Source of the DNA: Octopus sinensis
Taxonomy: Eukaryota
Assembly: GCF_006345805.1 (NCBI RefSeq)
Contig: NC_043004.1
Span: 19,344,001 to 19,408,000 of the forward strand
Reading direction: 5' to 3'
DNA: 64,000 nt
Positions 26,082 through 40,044 of this stretch are shown here, one piece after another (position 1 is the first letter of the stretch; each line of letters starts with the position of its first letter). Under the pieces are notes generated by a model. The model did not search any database. It saw only the letters and a list, made by a program, of their open reading frames with translations, and had not been told where the DNA came from. The position numbers were made by a program, and so were the translations under genes.

Positions 26082-26117
26082 CAGTACCGGTTTCAGTCAT
26101 TGAGACTTTTTCAACTG
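26082..26117 (-). ncRNA. Decayed hammerhead-like motif (PLE-type)
   Basis: CAG-TTGAAAA-AGTC-tcaat-GACT-GAAAC-CG-GTA-CTG. Confidence 0.45.
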
Positions 26118-26278
26118 TACGTATGGAAAGCAATTAAATATTGGAAAAATTAAAAGAAAAGTTTTTTAAAAGAATATTTGCATAGTATTCAAATACAAGG
26201 GGCATTTCCTTGTTTCTACCTGTCTCTGTCTCTCTTATTTACTCTTGTGGGTTCGAGGTCATTGTGAACTCTTGGTAC

Positions 26279-26480
26279 GAAAGAAGAAGAAGAAGAAGAA
26301 GAAGAAGAGAAGAAGAAGAAGAAGAAGAAGAAGAAGAAGAAGAAGAAGAAGAAGGAGAAGAAGAAGAAGAAGAAAGAAGAAGAAGAAGAAGAAGAAGAAG
26401 AAGGAGAAGAAGAAGGAGAAGAAGAAGAAGAAGAAGAAGAAGAAGAAGAAGAAGAAGAAGAAGAAGAAGAAGAAGAAGAA
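26279..26480. repeat. (GAA)n polypurine microsatellite
   Basis: Direct reading; it explains the poly-K/R/E/S/F/L ORFs here. Confidence 0.95.
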
Positions 26481-26564
26481 GGGCAATCAAGACCCATACC
26501 ACGAAAAGAAAGATTCTTCTTTAAGGAAGGCGGGTGGGCATTTGAATGGATGAAAAAATCACTT

Positions 26565-26662
26565 AATCTTATACGCATGAGTTTCACTATTAACGATTAA
26601 TTATATAAATTAATTAATCAATCAATTAATTAATTGGCCATCCGTAGATCATCAGTAAGATC
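26565..26662 (-). ncRNA. Type-I hammerhead ribozyme candidate with 7-bp stem I and long AT-rich stem II insert
   Basis: GATCTTA-CTGATGA-t-CTA...~55 nt...TAG-t-GAAAC-tcatgc-GTA-TAAGATT. Confidence 0.55.
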
Positions 26663-27699
26663 ACTGAACAATGCATAATTATGAAACTACAATACGTACC
26701 GAAAAAATACATGCATACTGAATTCCATCTTTATACATGTAAGAAATCTTTATAGCATGTAAAAAATCCACATGGTGTATTTCTCTCCTTGTATAAATTT
26801 TTGTTCACTATTATATATCGTGCCGAGCCAGAAATGTACCGCAGTGAGTACATTCAACAGCGTGATACCCAGTCGAAGAATCGAAATATCTAACTATTTA
26901 AATGCAGAGTAAAAATTATTGAAAATGCTCAGTTTACGTAGCTGAATTAGTTAATTAACGTTCTACACCATACAAGTGATAAAAAATCACTTGTATGGAG
27001 AGCAGAGTCAATTAACAGATACATCACATGTTCTACACTTTTACTACAATGCTTCTAAATGTTTCCATGCTAACCATTCCATTTTATTCTAAATATATGT
27101 TAAATTCTTGTTTCATTATATCTGCAGAGTTTCCTTTCTGCTATATTATCTAAAGAATTGGCGTTCGTTTAATTGTTTCGAAGACGACGTCAGATACAAA
27201 GCCAATATTGATGCTACAAAGGTTCTTTGACAGCCACTTTGAAAGACATTTCATTTAGCAATGATCAAAAGACAGAATGTTACAAGCAGGTTTATGGTTT
27301 GCATTCTGTAATAGACAAGTTGTTAACAGAATTAATACTTATATTGAGGGGACTGACAACATCAGCAATTTCAAATATTCATCATTTAAGTGCAAAAGGG
27401 CCACCAATCCAGAAAATAGGGTTGCTACCACTCTTAAACAATGCTTTCTACTTACATGCTGCCCTCACCAAACTCTAACCTTTTTCCATTTACAAGTTGA
27501 GATATATTGTTCTGTGTCCTTTTTCTCAAGAAAGCTGTCTCTACAAACTAAGCTTAAAGCTCTCACCGAATACAAATTGCTGAGACAGTTGTAAATGGTC
27601 ATCACCTTTAACACTTTCAATATTTCTCCTTATTCAGTGGCCAGCGATATGATTTCTGTCGAGTGAAATTCTATGGAAACACTGAAGAACAAATTCTTA

Positions 27700-29600
27700 T
27701 GTCATGTTGCATAAGATTTTCCAACTGATTATACGTATCTTTTAAATGCTAATTTCGAATCTGAAATCGGTTTTCGTCCACATGCTCTGGTTTCCATGCA
27801 ACGTGTAACTTAGGATATTTGCAAAAAGTATTCATTGTTGTTTAGATCTATCCTCACCTCAGACCAATAAGGTTATTTTTGTTTTTTACAAACATCAATT
27901 TTTTTATCTTCCTTATTAATTTTGGATTTTAGAGATTTATTTTATTTACAAAAAATTATACCTGTTTTTCTTTACTTCAAATCTGATCTAGGTTTTTTTA
28001 AGGTATTTACACATAAAGACGTGCCTATAAAGTTTTATTTTCGAGTTCCCCTTGACGACCAATATCAGAAATGTGTTCCTTATATTGTTTCATAGTTGTA
28101 AGGAAATACTTCATGACTGGATGAAAGGAAAACGAAAGGGCTTGCCTTTTTGTGTTCCCATATTTTGGCAAAACCCCAAGGTCCACATAACTCCCTACAA
28201 TTTTTACTTGGTCAACATGAAAGGTGTAGGCAAAAAAACACAGCATAGGACCTGGTATTTCCACAGCAATTCGATGTACTCCACACTCTGAGGAACTTCT
28301 GAATCAAGTTGTTAATGGTTTTACTTCCTCTGAAGATAAAGACAGTTAACATGAACAGGAAGAACAGGGAATTGTGATAAAAAGCTTCGGAATCCGAAAG
28401 CTACCAAACAGTCTTCAGTCCCTCAGCATTTTATCCGAACGGAATTGAATGACTTAATGCGTGATATGGTGCTCTTCAAAACAGCGGCTGAGAGAGCCTC
28501 TAAGCTGCAAGAAAAAATCTGCTTAACCGGTCTGCAAGCATTTCATATTTTCGAAAGCGAGTTCAGAGTTTTGCGATCTTTTATTCAGAAGATAAGGCAG
28601 TTTGTTTACTGCCACGATATCCTAGGTCCTCTAAGACAATTAAGTGTTACTTCATATAGTCAGTCAGAATAGTGATTATTTCTGGATAACTCTAACTGCA
28701 ACCTCAAGTATGTTATCTTACAGTATGCCAATGTTAATGAAGTGGTTCCAGATGGCCACCCGATGCATTTTCGAGAATATAACAGCATAAATATGGTAAT
28801 TGACTTACTCAAATACTGCAAGCATAACTGATGATTTGTGTAGATTTCAACATGGTCAACTTCCTGCTTGGTCAGCAGAAAGGCTTCCGTGTTATCTCTT
28901 CACATGGGACAGCTGAGCTCGAGAGAAAACAATGGGCTCGCAAGGAGTGGTCGATCCGATAAAATCTGGAAGATGCATGCCAACATTGGGAATTGGATAA
29001 TCGTGAGCCGAGAGAAGATAATTTTTCCTCCTAACTATATCATGCTCGACTTGAGACAATTACTGAAGGTATTGACTACTGATGTTGAATGTTTCCAACA
29101 TTTCTGCTTTTTCTGCATCTTTTTAGACAAGCTCAAATTGGACCTTAAATTCGTGCCTTTGTGTGTGATGGCGAATTAATTTAAGAACATGACTGACAAG
29201 GAGAGGATAGTGTGGCTGTTTCTCGTGGCAATTGTATAAAACGTATCTAATAATAAAAAATGCAGAGAAATATGAAGTTGTGGTTATTAGAATGCTGTTG
29301 ACTTTTAACGATCTTGGTGCAACATGAGTGTCAAGCTCTATTTCCTGATCAATTCCCTGAGAACCTTGAGGCTACAGGTGATGAACAGAGAGGGTGCTTT
29401 CATCAGGTTCTCATAACCATGGAAGAATGTTACCAGAAGTAATGAAACAAAAATATGATGCCATACTGGGGCATCAAATAAGATTGTTCAGAAGTCCACA
29501 AACACAAGTGTTAGAAGCACGGATTGTTGCCTAAATAGGACCTGTTTAATCTTGGGGTTCCAATTCCTTATCAGTTTTTCTGAATCACTTATAATTTTAC
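27700..29600 (+). mobile_element. Chapaev3-type (CMC) transposase pseudogene, near full length
   Basis: DDQYQKCVPY..CKEILHDWMKGKRKGLPFCVPIFWQNP, ELNDLMRD, FVYCHDI..LFLDNS..NLKYVIL and DQFPENL..GDEQ..FHQ..MEECYQ match Chapaev3 motifs; many stops and frameshifts. Confidence 0.8.
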
Positions 29601-30589
29601 TGTCGAAATATATGTCATTTTAAAGTAACAAGGATTAATGCTTACTCATATTTGACTGTAATGGATTAATGTTTCAAATTTAAAAAGTGGTGACACATTT
29701 TACTCCACACAAGAGAGTTTTTCTTTTCTTGTGTCCTTTACCAATTTAAATGCATATTATGATGCCCCTACACGTTTTTTTTTACTACACAAAAATTATC
29801 TCTGCAAAGATGAGTGTTTTGAGCCTAATTTAAGATTGTATAACAATATATTCTCAGATGAGTCATGTCATCATACGAGAATCGTCCAAATTTCACAAAA
29901 AAAACATAGAGTGCTGAACTTCAAAAGATCTAGAGCTTACAGAGGAAAACTAACTTCACACTGAATTCATCAAAATCAAATTAGTTAAGAATAAGTGTTG
30001 ATATCGATGTAACAAATTCTTTCTTGCTCAGCGAAATCTACTGTCTTACATCAATGTATCTTACACTACACAAATCTTACCTTCTTTAAGATGTCTCGAA
30101 ATTATACACACTGTTTTTATTAACAAAAATCCATCAGTCATGTTCACAAATACAATTACCAGCAACCTGAATAAGCACAATGCAATTACTTGGGAGAGTG
30201 AAATACTTTACAGTATGACAGCTCCAGCTGAACTTTCAAGGCAACAAAATATTTGTAATCTAGCCAAAACTATTTCTCAAAGGCTCTATTATCTTTTCAA
30301 GGTCGAAAAGAACTTTAGCACTGAATAATTTCTAATCCTCGATGATGTACAAATGCTATGGATAGTCAAAACTTCACTCGCAAATACACTACAGCCATAA
30401 GTTCAATGATGCATGCTGCGCTCCAATTTTCGTCACTACCGACTCAGGCTACGTTGGGGCATTCTTCTATCTAAACCTATTCGATGCATCAGTCTTTCCT
30501 TCTTTCATTCTTTCTTTTGTTTTTCCTTCAGACTTAATGTAAAACACGTTGATTGAAACTTTCTCCCAGGATATCAAACATATAAATCA

Positions 30590-31501
30590 CTCTTACAATT
30601 CCTACCAGGCAATCTTGTTCGCAGTTAAAGTCCTGGTGTTTTTGTTATGTATTTGTTTAAATGTTTTTTTTTATCATACTTATGATAGGAATTGTTTCTG
30701 TTTTTAGGTTCCACATTCAAGTGACCTCTATTTCCAGGTCTTTGTATTTTGAAACTTTCTCCGTTTCTTTTAGAGAAATATTGTCAGCTGTTGATATTGA
30801 TACATCGTTAAGTGAGAATATTTTTCTTAGTGACCTCTGGCAATTATATCCGGCCTATTGGCCTTAATGTGTATATCTGTGTGTTGTATTGGCCTATTTC
30901 AGAGTATGGTTGCTTTCTCATTTTCTGTGATCTTTTCTGGCGTATGCTTATACCATCTTTTTTCTGTTGTTATTCCATAGTTTTGACATAGCTTCCAGTG
31001 TATATAGGCCACAACTCTGTCGTGTCTGTGAATATATTCCTTCTTAGCCAGGACTGGGCAACCAGAGACAATATGATTTATTGTTTCTGCTCCACATCCA
31101 CATATTCTGCAGTTACTTGCATTTCTTTTCATTATATGCATGTTGTGATTTCCGGTGGGAAGCTTTTGATGCTGTCCTACAATTAAAAACCTTCAGTCTC
31201 TGCTTTGAGCTTCTCGGCCATTGTTGGGATTCTGATTTGTCTATTTCCTTTCTGTTTAGTTTAACCAAGTATTTACCATGAAGGGCTTTTCTTGCCATCG
31301 TGTTATCATGATCAATTGATGTTCTAGTTTTAGACTGGATTTCAGTTGTTCTTTTTCTTCATAGTTGTTAGGTACTATGACTTCTATTTTGTATTTGTCA
31401 GCTTCCTTAAAAACTGAAAACAGTTTTTTGTTTTGTTCGTGTTTTATGGCTATTTGTATTAGTTTTCCTTGCTTCTGAAAAAGGCATTTCTGTAATCCTT
31501 A

Positions 31502-31555
<54 letters not shown>

Positions 31556-31680
31556 GAGTTACAGAGCAGCGCATGCCTTCAAAGTGACACTGGGCTACAA
31601 ATATACGAAGCCCAGTATATACCCATCATTACTACTTGTCCGATAGGAGTACACCAGGCACATGCATTACAAGGAAAGGA
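30590..31680 (-). mobile_element. R4/Dong-clade non-LTR retrotransposon 3' remnant (CCHC zinc knuckle plus REL endonuclease) next to (ATT)n
   Basis: ORF 30899-31141 CRICGCGAETINHIVSGCPVLAKKEYIHRHDRVVAYIHW..ENEKATIL, then ANRPDI and KYKDLEIEV; (ATT)n at 31502-31556. The part beyond 31556 is assigned less securely. Confidence 0.85.
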
Positions 31681-34600
31681 CAGGTTTAGTATCAACCAGT
31701 TTGTTGGCTGATGTGCTGTCACCACTGAGGGATTTGACGCCTCTTCCTTCTCCTAGTCGAACATGTTGTGCCCTTTCCTTAACCACTAACCTATTGCTTC
31801 CTCCACACAATGTTGAGACACTGAATTTCCACACTGTATTTCTTTTGTTTTTTAAGCCGTCAACTTGAAACGATTCAAGCGAATATTCACGGCATATTTT
31901 GTTAATATTTGTACAACTAACATTAAATGTAAAGAAACAACGGAGCGTTACACTAATGTTGCACCAAGATCGTGAAAAGCCAACAGCCTTCTAGTAACAA
32001 CAATTTCATAATTCCCTGCTTTTATTTTTATAATCAAGGAAGTTTTATACATTTATACCACTGCCATGAAAGTCAGCTGAACTGCCCTCTCCTTGTCATT
32101 CACGTTCGTAACAAATTCCCCATCTCATACAAGGGCACGAATTTAAGGTCCATGCTTTGATCTTGTCTAAAAGCACCTGCTTTGATCGTGCCTAAAAGCA
32201 TAGCAAGAAAAGCAGAAATGTCGAAAGCATTCATCGTCAGTAATCAATGCTTTCAAGAACTGTTTAAATGTAAACAAATAATGTTTAAATTAAATGTTTT
32301 AATAGGTAAAAGTTTTAATACGTAAACTTGTGATATTTTTGTGATATAAACTTGTGATATTTTTGAAACGAAATTTCATTCCAAATATTTTGCTGTTAAA
32401 GCTCTGAAAGAGAAGTATGGAAAATATACGTTGCTATTCTCCTATTCATAAATTCAGAAAACATGTGACAATTTTGTCACATATTTTATGTTATCAAGTT
32501 TAAAACAAATACTTCTTATATATTTGAGATTGGACAATAGAGCAAAATGAAGAAAGTGATGGAAAATTAGGTTTAAAACATTAAACCAACACAACTGTTG
32601 TTTTTCTCCGATGACTTGAGATTTTTCTCTTTTTATGGTGGTTGGGGAGGGTCTAATCGGGAACATTAGTGTAATTGTAATGTCCGTCCGACGAGCCAAG
32701 CACTGGTTCACTGCATTTCCGATAATCAAATGCGAACAAATATTAACAAGGAATTTCGTTGATGTTTATAATCTGTACTAATATGCACTGGGGAGGTTCT
32801 CGCTCCAACCTCCCTCTCTCTCTTCTCTCTCTCTCTCTCTCTCTCTCTCACGCGCACACGCACACACAAACATACGCACACTTTCCCTCTGTCTTAAATT
32901 TCATCCACAAAACATTAATCAACTCATATGATCAAATCCAGGACCGTGTGATTTCAAAACGAGTTTCGTGATCACAGCAGTAACGATTTTGCCAATAACT
33001 GTCCATAAACTTGTTTATAAACAATTTTTCATTCATTCTGGGACTGTGGTTTTCAATTGTTGATTGAACAAACTCAAGAAATAAACATCCATGCTTTTTA
33101 CCAAGCGATTCAACAAGGAATTCCAATTGCATCGAGAGATCCCCTAAATGACAGATATTCTCTTGATCTGCGGTATTCATGAAATAATAGCAGAAGACTT
33201 TGCAGTTTATTTTTCGCCAGTCACAGTTATAGCTCCATGTTTGAAAGAAAGCAAAATTAGATAAGATGTGGCTAGAATCTTTCTCGGAAGTATTAAGCAG
33301 GGATCAGAATTGTGTTATGGATCTTGCTGGGAATTTGCATCTTGTGTTACTGTGTCTGACACTAATAATTTGTTTTTAATGTTACTAGCATGATTACAAT
33401 TCTCAAAAGGAGCTGTTACACTTCGCTGCTACTGTATTTAAGAATGACTTGGATATCCTAAATTTTCTACTTTTTTCCTTCATATAGCGATTTCGTATTT
33501 TGACAAAACGTATTAACTTTATTAAGTTTGAAGTATATTGGACTGAATCATTCAGTATATTACTGGTACTACGTTATCGTTCTTGTATAGATAAAATGTA
33601 AATCAACCTCGACTAAATGTGAGCATTGAAAGTAAAACTAAATAAAACTGTGAGCAAAATAACGTGTCACTCTACCGTTTCTAACAATTTACCATGCTAT
33701 GCCGTAATTCACTATTTCAAATCTAAACTTTAACTGATATGCCATTTGCGAAGAACTATTGTAAAGTGGTATTTTCAATATCAGTTGGTGTTCTGGCGTA
33801 GTTTATGAGCAAAATTACGTCAATCTTTGCGTGGATGTGGAACTGCATTGCAAAAGGTTAAACAACGTGAAATGCTGAATTCGTTGGTAAATCAAACACA
33901 GAATGAAGCTTTAAAATATTTGACAGTTAAAGGTCATTAATAGATTTTCTTCCTGGCAGAAGCACATAAAGTTGCTTTTGTGTTAATCTACGAAATTAAA
34001 GTGTTCATGTTGCGAGCTTGAAGAAATTGAATTCCTGGAAATTGGCTTATTCTCAATCATGAATATAGAGCAAATATGTACTCTTCAATTTCCGCGGACA
34101 GTTTGTACCATTTTAGTTCCAATGAAGACATGTCTTATCATTCATCAGTTTTCTATTCATTTAATTATTCTTTATAAATTCGATTGTCCTCTTCTTGAAT
34201 ACTTATTGAAGTTTTCAAAACAATTCATCTCTATCTAGTATATTGTATTGGAAAACTAGCTTAAGGTGACCCGCTCTACGCGCGGGTGAGGGTGTGGTTG
34301 TTACTTTCCGTTGCTTCCTCTCTGTTTCTTATCGCCACATTCTCCCTCTTTGTTTCTCTCTACTTTCTCTCTCACTTTCCCACTCTCTTACTCTTCCTTT
34401 CTCTCGGATCGGACTCTCCCTCGCTTTCTCTTACTCTCTACCTTTCCCTATCTATCTCTCTCCCATTTATAAAAAACAAAAGATCTTGAGTAAGTTGAGA
34501 AAGAAAATATTTTGATAGATCAATCATAAATATCAAGCAGTGACAACGGAAAGGTCTGCTTCAAGGCGGACAGCAAAACACTAACATTTAAAAGAGACAG

Positions 34601-35516
34601 ACGAACTTGCGAACTGAAAAAAAATAATAAAAATATTGGAAACCAAAGTTTGAAGGGATAAAATCTCAGGATAGTAGACTCACCAAAGCAACCACTGTAG
34701 CGCCCCAAAACGTTTCCCAATCAATTTCTCACCTCAAGTTACCCTCCTGTAAATTTTAATCCCTTTCCAGCCCCATTTAGACCCTTTTTTACATAACAAT
34801 CCAATTTGTATCAACGTTCGCCTTCTTTATTTTATAGATTAGATGAGTTATTGATGAGATAATGGAGGGGTAGGAACAACTCCAAGATATCAGAGTTTCG
34901 GATCATATCGTCGCCATTGCATATTCTATTTAACTGTGAGTGTATATCCTAGTCTTGGTATACTATTAAATCGTATAATTACCATGAAAAGCTATTTTAC
35001 ACCAAAAACCAAGTCAATAAATATAACTAATGACTTTCAATGGATTTGAACACTTATACTGCATTTGCACATAAAATCCATGAACCACCCGTCTAACCAC
35101 TTGCCTACTCAATATTTTTGTCCGACTGGAAGTTAGAGCGTTTATAATGAGCATATTGACAGTATTTTCTACATGTAGTCGGAAGAAATACTGGTATATC
35201 AAACGAAATGTTGATGGTATGTTTGGTGGCTGATTCCTCATATTTTCTTTGACTGAAGAAACAGTTCTGCTATCTGGATATAAATAAGTGCAATGATGTA
35301 ATTTCAAGTTCATTACTGTAAGTAATGGAAGAGTGGGATGGCACTATTCCTAAATTCCAAATAGTTTGTAGATGTTAGAAATATACCCTTCATTAATTTG
35401 CAGTGTTGGGCAATGAACCAGAAAAGAAACTGGATGTCGATCTAGTACTTGAAACGAGACCAAAGTTTTTCGCTTCTTACCAGATGCATATCCCAAAATA
35501 CGTATCTTTTACCATT

Positions 35517-35886
35517 TACTTGTTTCAGTCATTAGACTACAATCATGCTGGGGCACCGCCTACAAGAATTTTAGTATAATGAATCTACTCCACTACTATT
35601 TTAAAGCCCGGTAATTATTTTGTCGGAATATCTTGCCGAACTACTAAGTTACGGGGATGTAAACAAATAAACACCGGTTTGCAAGCGATGACGAGGTCAA
35701 ACACACACACACACACACACACATACGACGGGCTTCTTTCAGTTTTATTGACCAAATCCACTCGCAAGCCTTTGTTTGTGTTCGAGGCTATAGTAATAGA
35801 CACTTGCCTGTAGTGCAACGCAGTGGGACCGAACCCGGAATCATGCGGTTAGGAAGGAAACTTCTAACCACACAGCTACGTCTGTG
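35517..35886 (-). mobile_element. SINE family A, dimeric, diverged
   Basis: ttacttgtttcagtcatt...(CA)n-tacgacgggcttctttcag...ccacacagc. Confidence 0.85.
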
Positions 35887-36597
35887 CATATGTATAATGA
35901 CTTGTATTAAATATTTCATCCTTACTTTAAAGTATTACATCAAACTCTATAGCTTAGTCCCTTCCTGAAACCCATCTTTAGTTACAGGGTCAAGTTAATG
36001 AACTTCTCACCATTCATGGAAGATAACAACTATTGATGAGATCTGTGAGACATAGTTCCTCTTCTGAATAAGCAAAATAAAAGGAATTCAACTTAACACT
36101 GTATGCAACTGAAGTACTTGACTATTTTGCAATTCATAACTATATGGACTGAGTTCAATGCCATAGCTATTAAGATGATATATGTGTGCGGTGAATAGGT
36201 TACCTTTCATTGCAGCGCTATTATTCCTGGAGTCAGTATGGTAAAAATGCGAAAGAAGAGAAAATAGTAGTTGTTTCATAAATCTTTCTGTGTTAGAAAC
36301 ATATACTGAAAGGATATAGTTGGACATGAGCTTCAAATATCAAAGTTGAAGATTTGAGGAAATTTCTGAGAGACGTGAGGGAAACTTTAAAAAAGCTGAC
36401 AATTCATCAAACAATATTTTGGCTGATCTTTCACATTTTGTCATAAAATTCTATTTTAGTAATTCCTTAATGATGTATTAAAAATCAATCCAAAATATTA
36501 TCTCCTTTATAGGACATAAGTCATTATTTATACAGAAATCATACGAAATAGAAAATAAAACAGTAAGTATTCTATGTTATATAATTTGCTTTTGATT

Positions 36598-36639
<42 letters not shown>

Positions 36640-37154
36640 TGTGTGCGTGTGTGTGTGTGTGTGGATGTATGTGTATGAGTGTCTGTATTCCTTCTCAACG
36701 CAAAGATAAAGCTTTCAAAGGCACATCGGAAGTAAAATAATGAATATATTTGCTATCTAACTTATTTTGGACGAAGAACGAAGAAGAGAAAAACTTTGCG
36801 AGCAAAATTTAAAAAGTTAGCATCCAAATATTAATCTTCGGGAAAAATGAAATAAAGTTGTTTAAAAGTGGAGTCCTAAACAACTAACAAACTCAACGGT
36901 GACAAAGACTGATATAAGTTTCTTTTAGGGAGGCAAAATTTCATAGATATTTTTGAAGGGACAAAAAGCATGTTAATAACTTGAAAGCCTTTTGTGGGGA
37001 CGTGGATGACTTAAAAGAAAGGACTTCATCAAAAAGTATCTCAGTCAATGAAATACAGCTTAGTCAAAGGTTCTCGAAAAACAGCAAAAAATTTAATAAT
37101 AATGTTTTAACATTTGGCACAAGACCAGCAATTTAAGGACGGGGAGGAGTAAAT

Positions 37155-37471
37155 TTTTTATCTTATTATATTGGTTCCTTCTCGAGCCATGCCTGGCTCA
37201 TAAAGGCCGGTTTCTCGGTTTCTTGGCGTATAGCTTCTCCATCTGGACGGAACGCCGGTCCGTCGCAGGTGAGCTGCTAGATGCAGGAGGAAAGAGTGAG
37301 AGAAAGTTGTGGCGAATGAGTCAGCAGAAGTTTCGCCATTACCTTCTGCCAGAGCCGCGTGGAACATAGGCGTTTCGCTCATAAACACACACATCACCCG
37401 GTCTGAGATTCGAACCCGCAATCCCTCGACCGCGAGTCCGCTGCTCTAACCACTAGGCCATGTGCCTCCAC
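37155..37471 (-). mobile_element. SINE family C with 12-bp target-site duplication, nested in a SINE-B tail
   Basis: Direct repeats ggaggagtaaat at 37143-37154 and 37472-37483. Confidence 0.85.
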
Positions 37472-37544
37472 GGAGGAGTAAATCGATTACATTGACTCAG
37501 CAGTGGGATGATCTTACCAATAGAAGTATCTAATGACCATATCT

Positions 37545-38520
37545 TGTCCCCACTCGTGAGAGCAGATGCTCAACTAATCAGCAATACTCAGACAGGGGAC
37601 GACAGCATACAGAACAGCTACATCATTCTTCGCGCATTTCAGACAAACCCGGTGATGGTACTTTCGTGTTTATAGAGTTTACCTCGAACTGGTGATGTTT
37701 CTTCCCGGTAGCACTGCAATGCTAGGGATATCTGGAAATCAGTCTTTTTTCCTGGCCTGAAAGCCCTTCAAAACAGACCAGCCAGTCGATTTTCATCAAC
37801 GTCCAGAGCTTCCAGAGACCGACATCACTTTGCTTATCGCTAATTTTCTCTGGACATTAACATGGTGCTTCTACTTAACACATTGCCCAACTGGTGGAGG
37901 GCCGAGAGCGTTTGATGACACTCCAGACGCCAAACACCTTGTTACAGTCTTTGGCTGACCCAGGACTGCAGCTTCGTCAAAGGATGAGTTGTAGGAAAAC
38001 TCAACCACACCTGTGGATTTGCTAAAATTGTCACAGCCTCAGTGCATGGATGCGCATCAACAGCTGAGGCATACGCAGTTTTCCACTCAGCTGGTGTAGA
38101 ATGCGACCCTTTCACAAAAAGACAAATAGCAGATTATCCAACCAGAGTTATGGCACGGAGAAGCAAGAGTTAATAGATGACGGAGAAGATGTTGCTGTTC
38201 GGTAACTCTACCCGATCCTTCAGGAATTGTTTTCTCACGACCTGTTTCTGAGTGAGACTGGGCACCCTTGCACCTCACTTCTTAGTTCTTCTGCACTTGC
38301 TTGTTGGGTTTTAACATTGGTGTTGCCTATTAGTGTTGTGGTAGTAGCAGTGGTGGGGATGTTGGAGTTGATGTTTTGTTGTGGAGTTTTTCTGCTCTCA
38401 ACCAGTCTCACATCTTTTTTTTTTTTGTGAAAACATATTTGTTTTTTCCTTTTTTCCTCTCCCCTCTTCCAGGGATAATTTTTCCTTTGTTCCTCTTTCT
38501 TACTCTCGTTACAGGACATA
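37545..38520 (-). mobile_element. L1/Tx1-type remnant (ORF2 C-terminus), preceded by an ORF1-like fragment at ~38230-38520
   Basis: AFRPGKKTDFQISLALQCYRE..VRGKLYKH is homologous to the element at 11.5 kb. Confidence 0.6.
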
Positions 38521-38664
38521 TCTGACTAATTTGAATTAAGGAGGTGTATGTTTTGTGTTGTTATGTTGGGTTTGGGATATTCTGTTACGGATGGTAGCGA
38601 TGTTCTCTTTATTGCTGTTGTTATCATGGGGATGGGTGGGGAGGTAGCTGCTGTTTTCGTTGGT

Positions 38665-38888
38665 GCTGGCAGAAACATTAGCACGCCGGGCGAAATGCTT
38701 AGCGGTATTTCGTCTGCCGTTACATTGTGAGTTCAAATTCCGCCGAGGTCGACTTTGCCTTTCATCCTTTCGGGGTCGATGAATTAAGTACCAGTTACGC
38801 ACTGGGGTCGATGTAATCGACTTAATACCTATGTCTGTCCTTGTTTGTCCCCTCTATGTTTAGCCCCTTGTGGGTAATAAAGAAATAG
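38665..38888 (+). mobile_element. SINE family B, full copy
   Basis: gctggcagaaacattagcacgccgggcg...gcctttcatcctttcggggtcgat...aagaaata. Confidence 0.9.
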
Positions 38889-40044
38889 GTAAGTCAATAA
38901 CGCTCGGTCATCGATCTTGGGAATTAATAATCATATCTCACTCAAATTACATTCTAATGTCTTCAACTGATTATACATTTGGACAATGTAATCTGTGGAC
39001 GCCTTTAGACTTAGTCATGTTACACAACGAAACTATTACTGGTTAAAGTGAAGCGGAAAGGTTTGAGTCAGTTACTGAAACTGTATCGTAATCTAGACTT
39101 GCTTATCTTTTGCTATATGCGCTCTTTAAAATTACAGCTATCCTAGTTATAGTAATGCTAGAACGCTACCTTTTGATACACGCAAAAAGCAAAAACAAAA
39201 TATCTATTGTTCTGCTACTGTCTATGCTTGAAACATTATACCTCATGGAGCGAAATCGAAACTACAGTCTATTGGAAGCACAATACATTGTTTGTATGGC
39301 GATTGATTGATAAACTAGGGAATGAAATCGAAGATGTAAGCTATTATAGATACCACATATGATTTCAAAAGAAATCGTGTACTTCATTGCTCTCTATAAA
39401 CTTCCAGCAATCTTATAGTCTTCAAAATTACTAGAAATTTCACAGGTAAAGCAAGAAGACATATTCAATATATAAATAACCTTACAAGACATATTGAAGT
39501 CATTAGGTGGACTCATCTTTGAAAAAGAAATCTATGAGGATCTTATCAGCTATCTACGTTTCCTGGTGTATAAAGTATTTATTTACCAGCTGTTATAGAA
39601 CAGTGATGTCGGCTTAAATTAGAAGTAAGTGTAGCTTATCGTTGATTGAAATAACATTATGAATATATTGCTGCCAAAATATAAGCTTTTATGTAACAGT
39701 TTGATGGTATTTTGTACACTTTAAACTGTTAGATTAGGTATCCGTGTGTCAAGAAGGGCGGGGTGTAGCGTTCAAGGTGTGTACGCACGCATATCTATCT
39801 GTAAAGGAATACGTCTGTATCCATGTGGAATTGCGTGTGTTGGAACGTGTTTCTACAGATTTTATAGCAGTTGTTTTATTTTTGTCCTAACCTATTCTAA
39901 CCTATTTATCAATTAAGGAACCAGCGCTATAAAACATTCCTGGCGCTTACGGAATATTTTCACCAACAACGTATCATGCTACCAATTTAAATTTGTTATT
40001 TCCAACATCAACAACAACAATAATAATAGTAATCCTTTATACTA

